A stretch of DNA of 57,087 bases from positions 1-57,087 of the forward strand of contig JAMOVR010000065.1 of assembly GCA_027061945.1 (NCBI GenBank), read 5' to 3'. The stretch comes from Candidatus Heimdallarchaeota archaeon (lineage in GTDB: Archaea; Asgardarchaeota; Heimdallarchaeia; Heimdallarchaeales; JAJRWK01). The notes beneath the pieces are model-generated. The model was not told where the DNA came from. It saw only the letters and a program-made list of their open reading frames with translations, and made no database searches. This document shows, in pieces, positions 56,646-57,087 of the stretch (within the stretch, counting starts at the first letter, position 1; each line of letters starts with the position of its first letter). The translations under genes and the position numbers were made by a program.

Positions 56646-57087
56646 GTGGCCTTTAACAAAAAAACGCCTATTAACAATTCCTTTTTATCTGGAACAAAAA
56701 TATTAGGGATAGATCTCCTACCAGAGAGCAGTAGTGATAGCAGAAAAAGATTTTATGCCGGGTATTTTGAGAATGAAAAGGAACAGTTGTTAATCGAAAA
56801 GATGAGTTTGAATCAACTGATACGATTTTTATGGGGTAGAAAAGTCGATTATTTAGCTGTAGATAGTATTTCAGAACTAGGTTTAGGAATAAAAGCGATT
56901 CGAAAATTTTTATCAAATATTCCACCAAGTACAAAAATAATAGTTGTTACTCAGATAGACAAAAAAAAGACTTCGACAATACAATACTTAGCTCGGCAAA
57001 TAGACATTAAAGTTACCCGTAAGCTTTCCCCCATTCAAACAGCTCAAGTTGTAGTAGGACTTGCTAAAAAAGGAATAGGTTCTTTCT
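56646..57087 (+). CDS. hypothetical protein, N-terminal part (DUF460 / RNase-H-fold-like start 'ILGIDLLP'); runs off the right edge
   Basis: The frame is open from 56619 to the window end (..SGTKILGIDLLPESSSDSRKRFYAGYFENEKEQLLIEKMSLNQLIRFLWGRKVDYLAVDSISELG..). Candidate starts are GTG 56628 and GTG 56646, so the start is uncertain. The opposite-strand ORF 56671..56934 is low-complexity. Confidence 0.5.
   Translation, partial: MAFNKKTPINNSFLSGTKILGIDLLPESSSDSRKRFYAGYFENEKEQLLIEKMSLNQLIRFLWGRKVDYLAVDSISELGLGIKAIRKFLSNIPPSTKIIVVTQIDKKKTSTIQYLARQIDIKVTRKLSPIQTAQVVVGLAKKGIGSF

Noticed and set aside
56671-56934. 87-aa minus-strand ORF near the right edge
   Set aside because: Its composition is hydrophobic and low-complexity. 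The + strand frame over the same bases is open to the window end and has a plausible protein sequence (ILGIDLLP...).
1-57087. Search by eye for CRISPR arrays, rRNA and tRNA genes
   Set aside because: I found no regularly spaced direct repeats. I found no GC-rich cloverleaf-sized islands with acceptor or T-arm complementarity in any intergenic gap, and no rRNA-like conserved blocks. A tRNAscan-SE or Infernal run would be the decisive check.

Overview
AT-rich (about one-third G+C by eye), densely coding prokaryotic window. It looks archaeal and probably Asgard-like. The grounds are two Arf/Sar-like small GTPases with N-terminal amphipathic helices, Roadblock/longin-like partner proteins, PGF-CTERM-type sorting tails, and many large proteins I cannot place; this assignment is inference only. 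Recognisable content includes a heterodimeric ABC exporter, a three-gene ABC importer, uvrA, a prpB-prpC-prpD methylcitrate operon, and a crotonase. It also includes a PduO-type adenosyltransferase, an HhH-GPD glycosylase, an amidohydrolase, a ClC channel, two MFS transporters and an M18 aminopeptidase. Further items are a radical-SAM enzyme, a TagF-type glycopolymer cluster, an orphan beta-class DNA methyltransferase, and stand-alone CheY, HPt and AAA+ proteins. I saw no rRNA, tRNA or CRISPR array. Three things stand out. (1) A tightly coupled operon (20284-22636) encodes an Arf-like GTPase, an unknown 306-aa protein and a 7-TM membrane protein, with a close GTPase paralog 2.4 kb away. This is my best candidate for an undescribed membrane-signalling or trafficking-like module. 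(2) At least eleven decayed or miniature IS200/IS605-type elements fill intergenic gaps. They keep a hairpin left end and an omega-RNA-like right end, but no intact tnpA or tnpB is present. (3) These elements have local consequences. A perfect 90-nt inverted repeat brackets the prp operon, one right end removes the canonical start codon of an otherwise intact amidohydrolase, and element ends bracket the HPt gene. Non-coding element coordinates are hand-aligned and good to a few bp.
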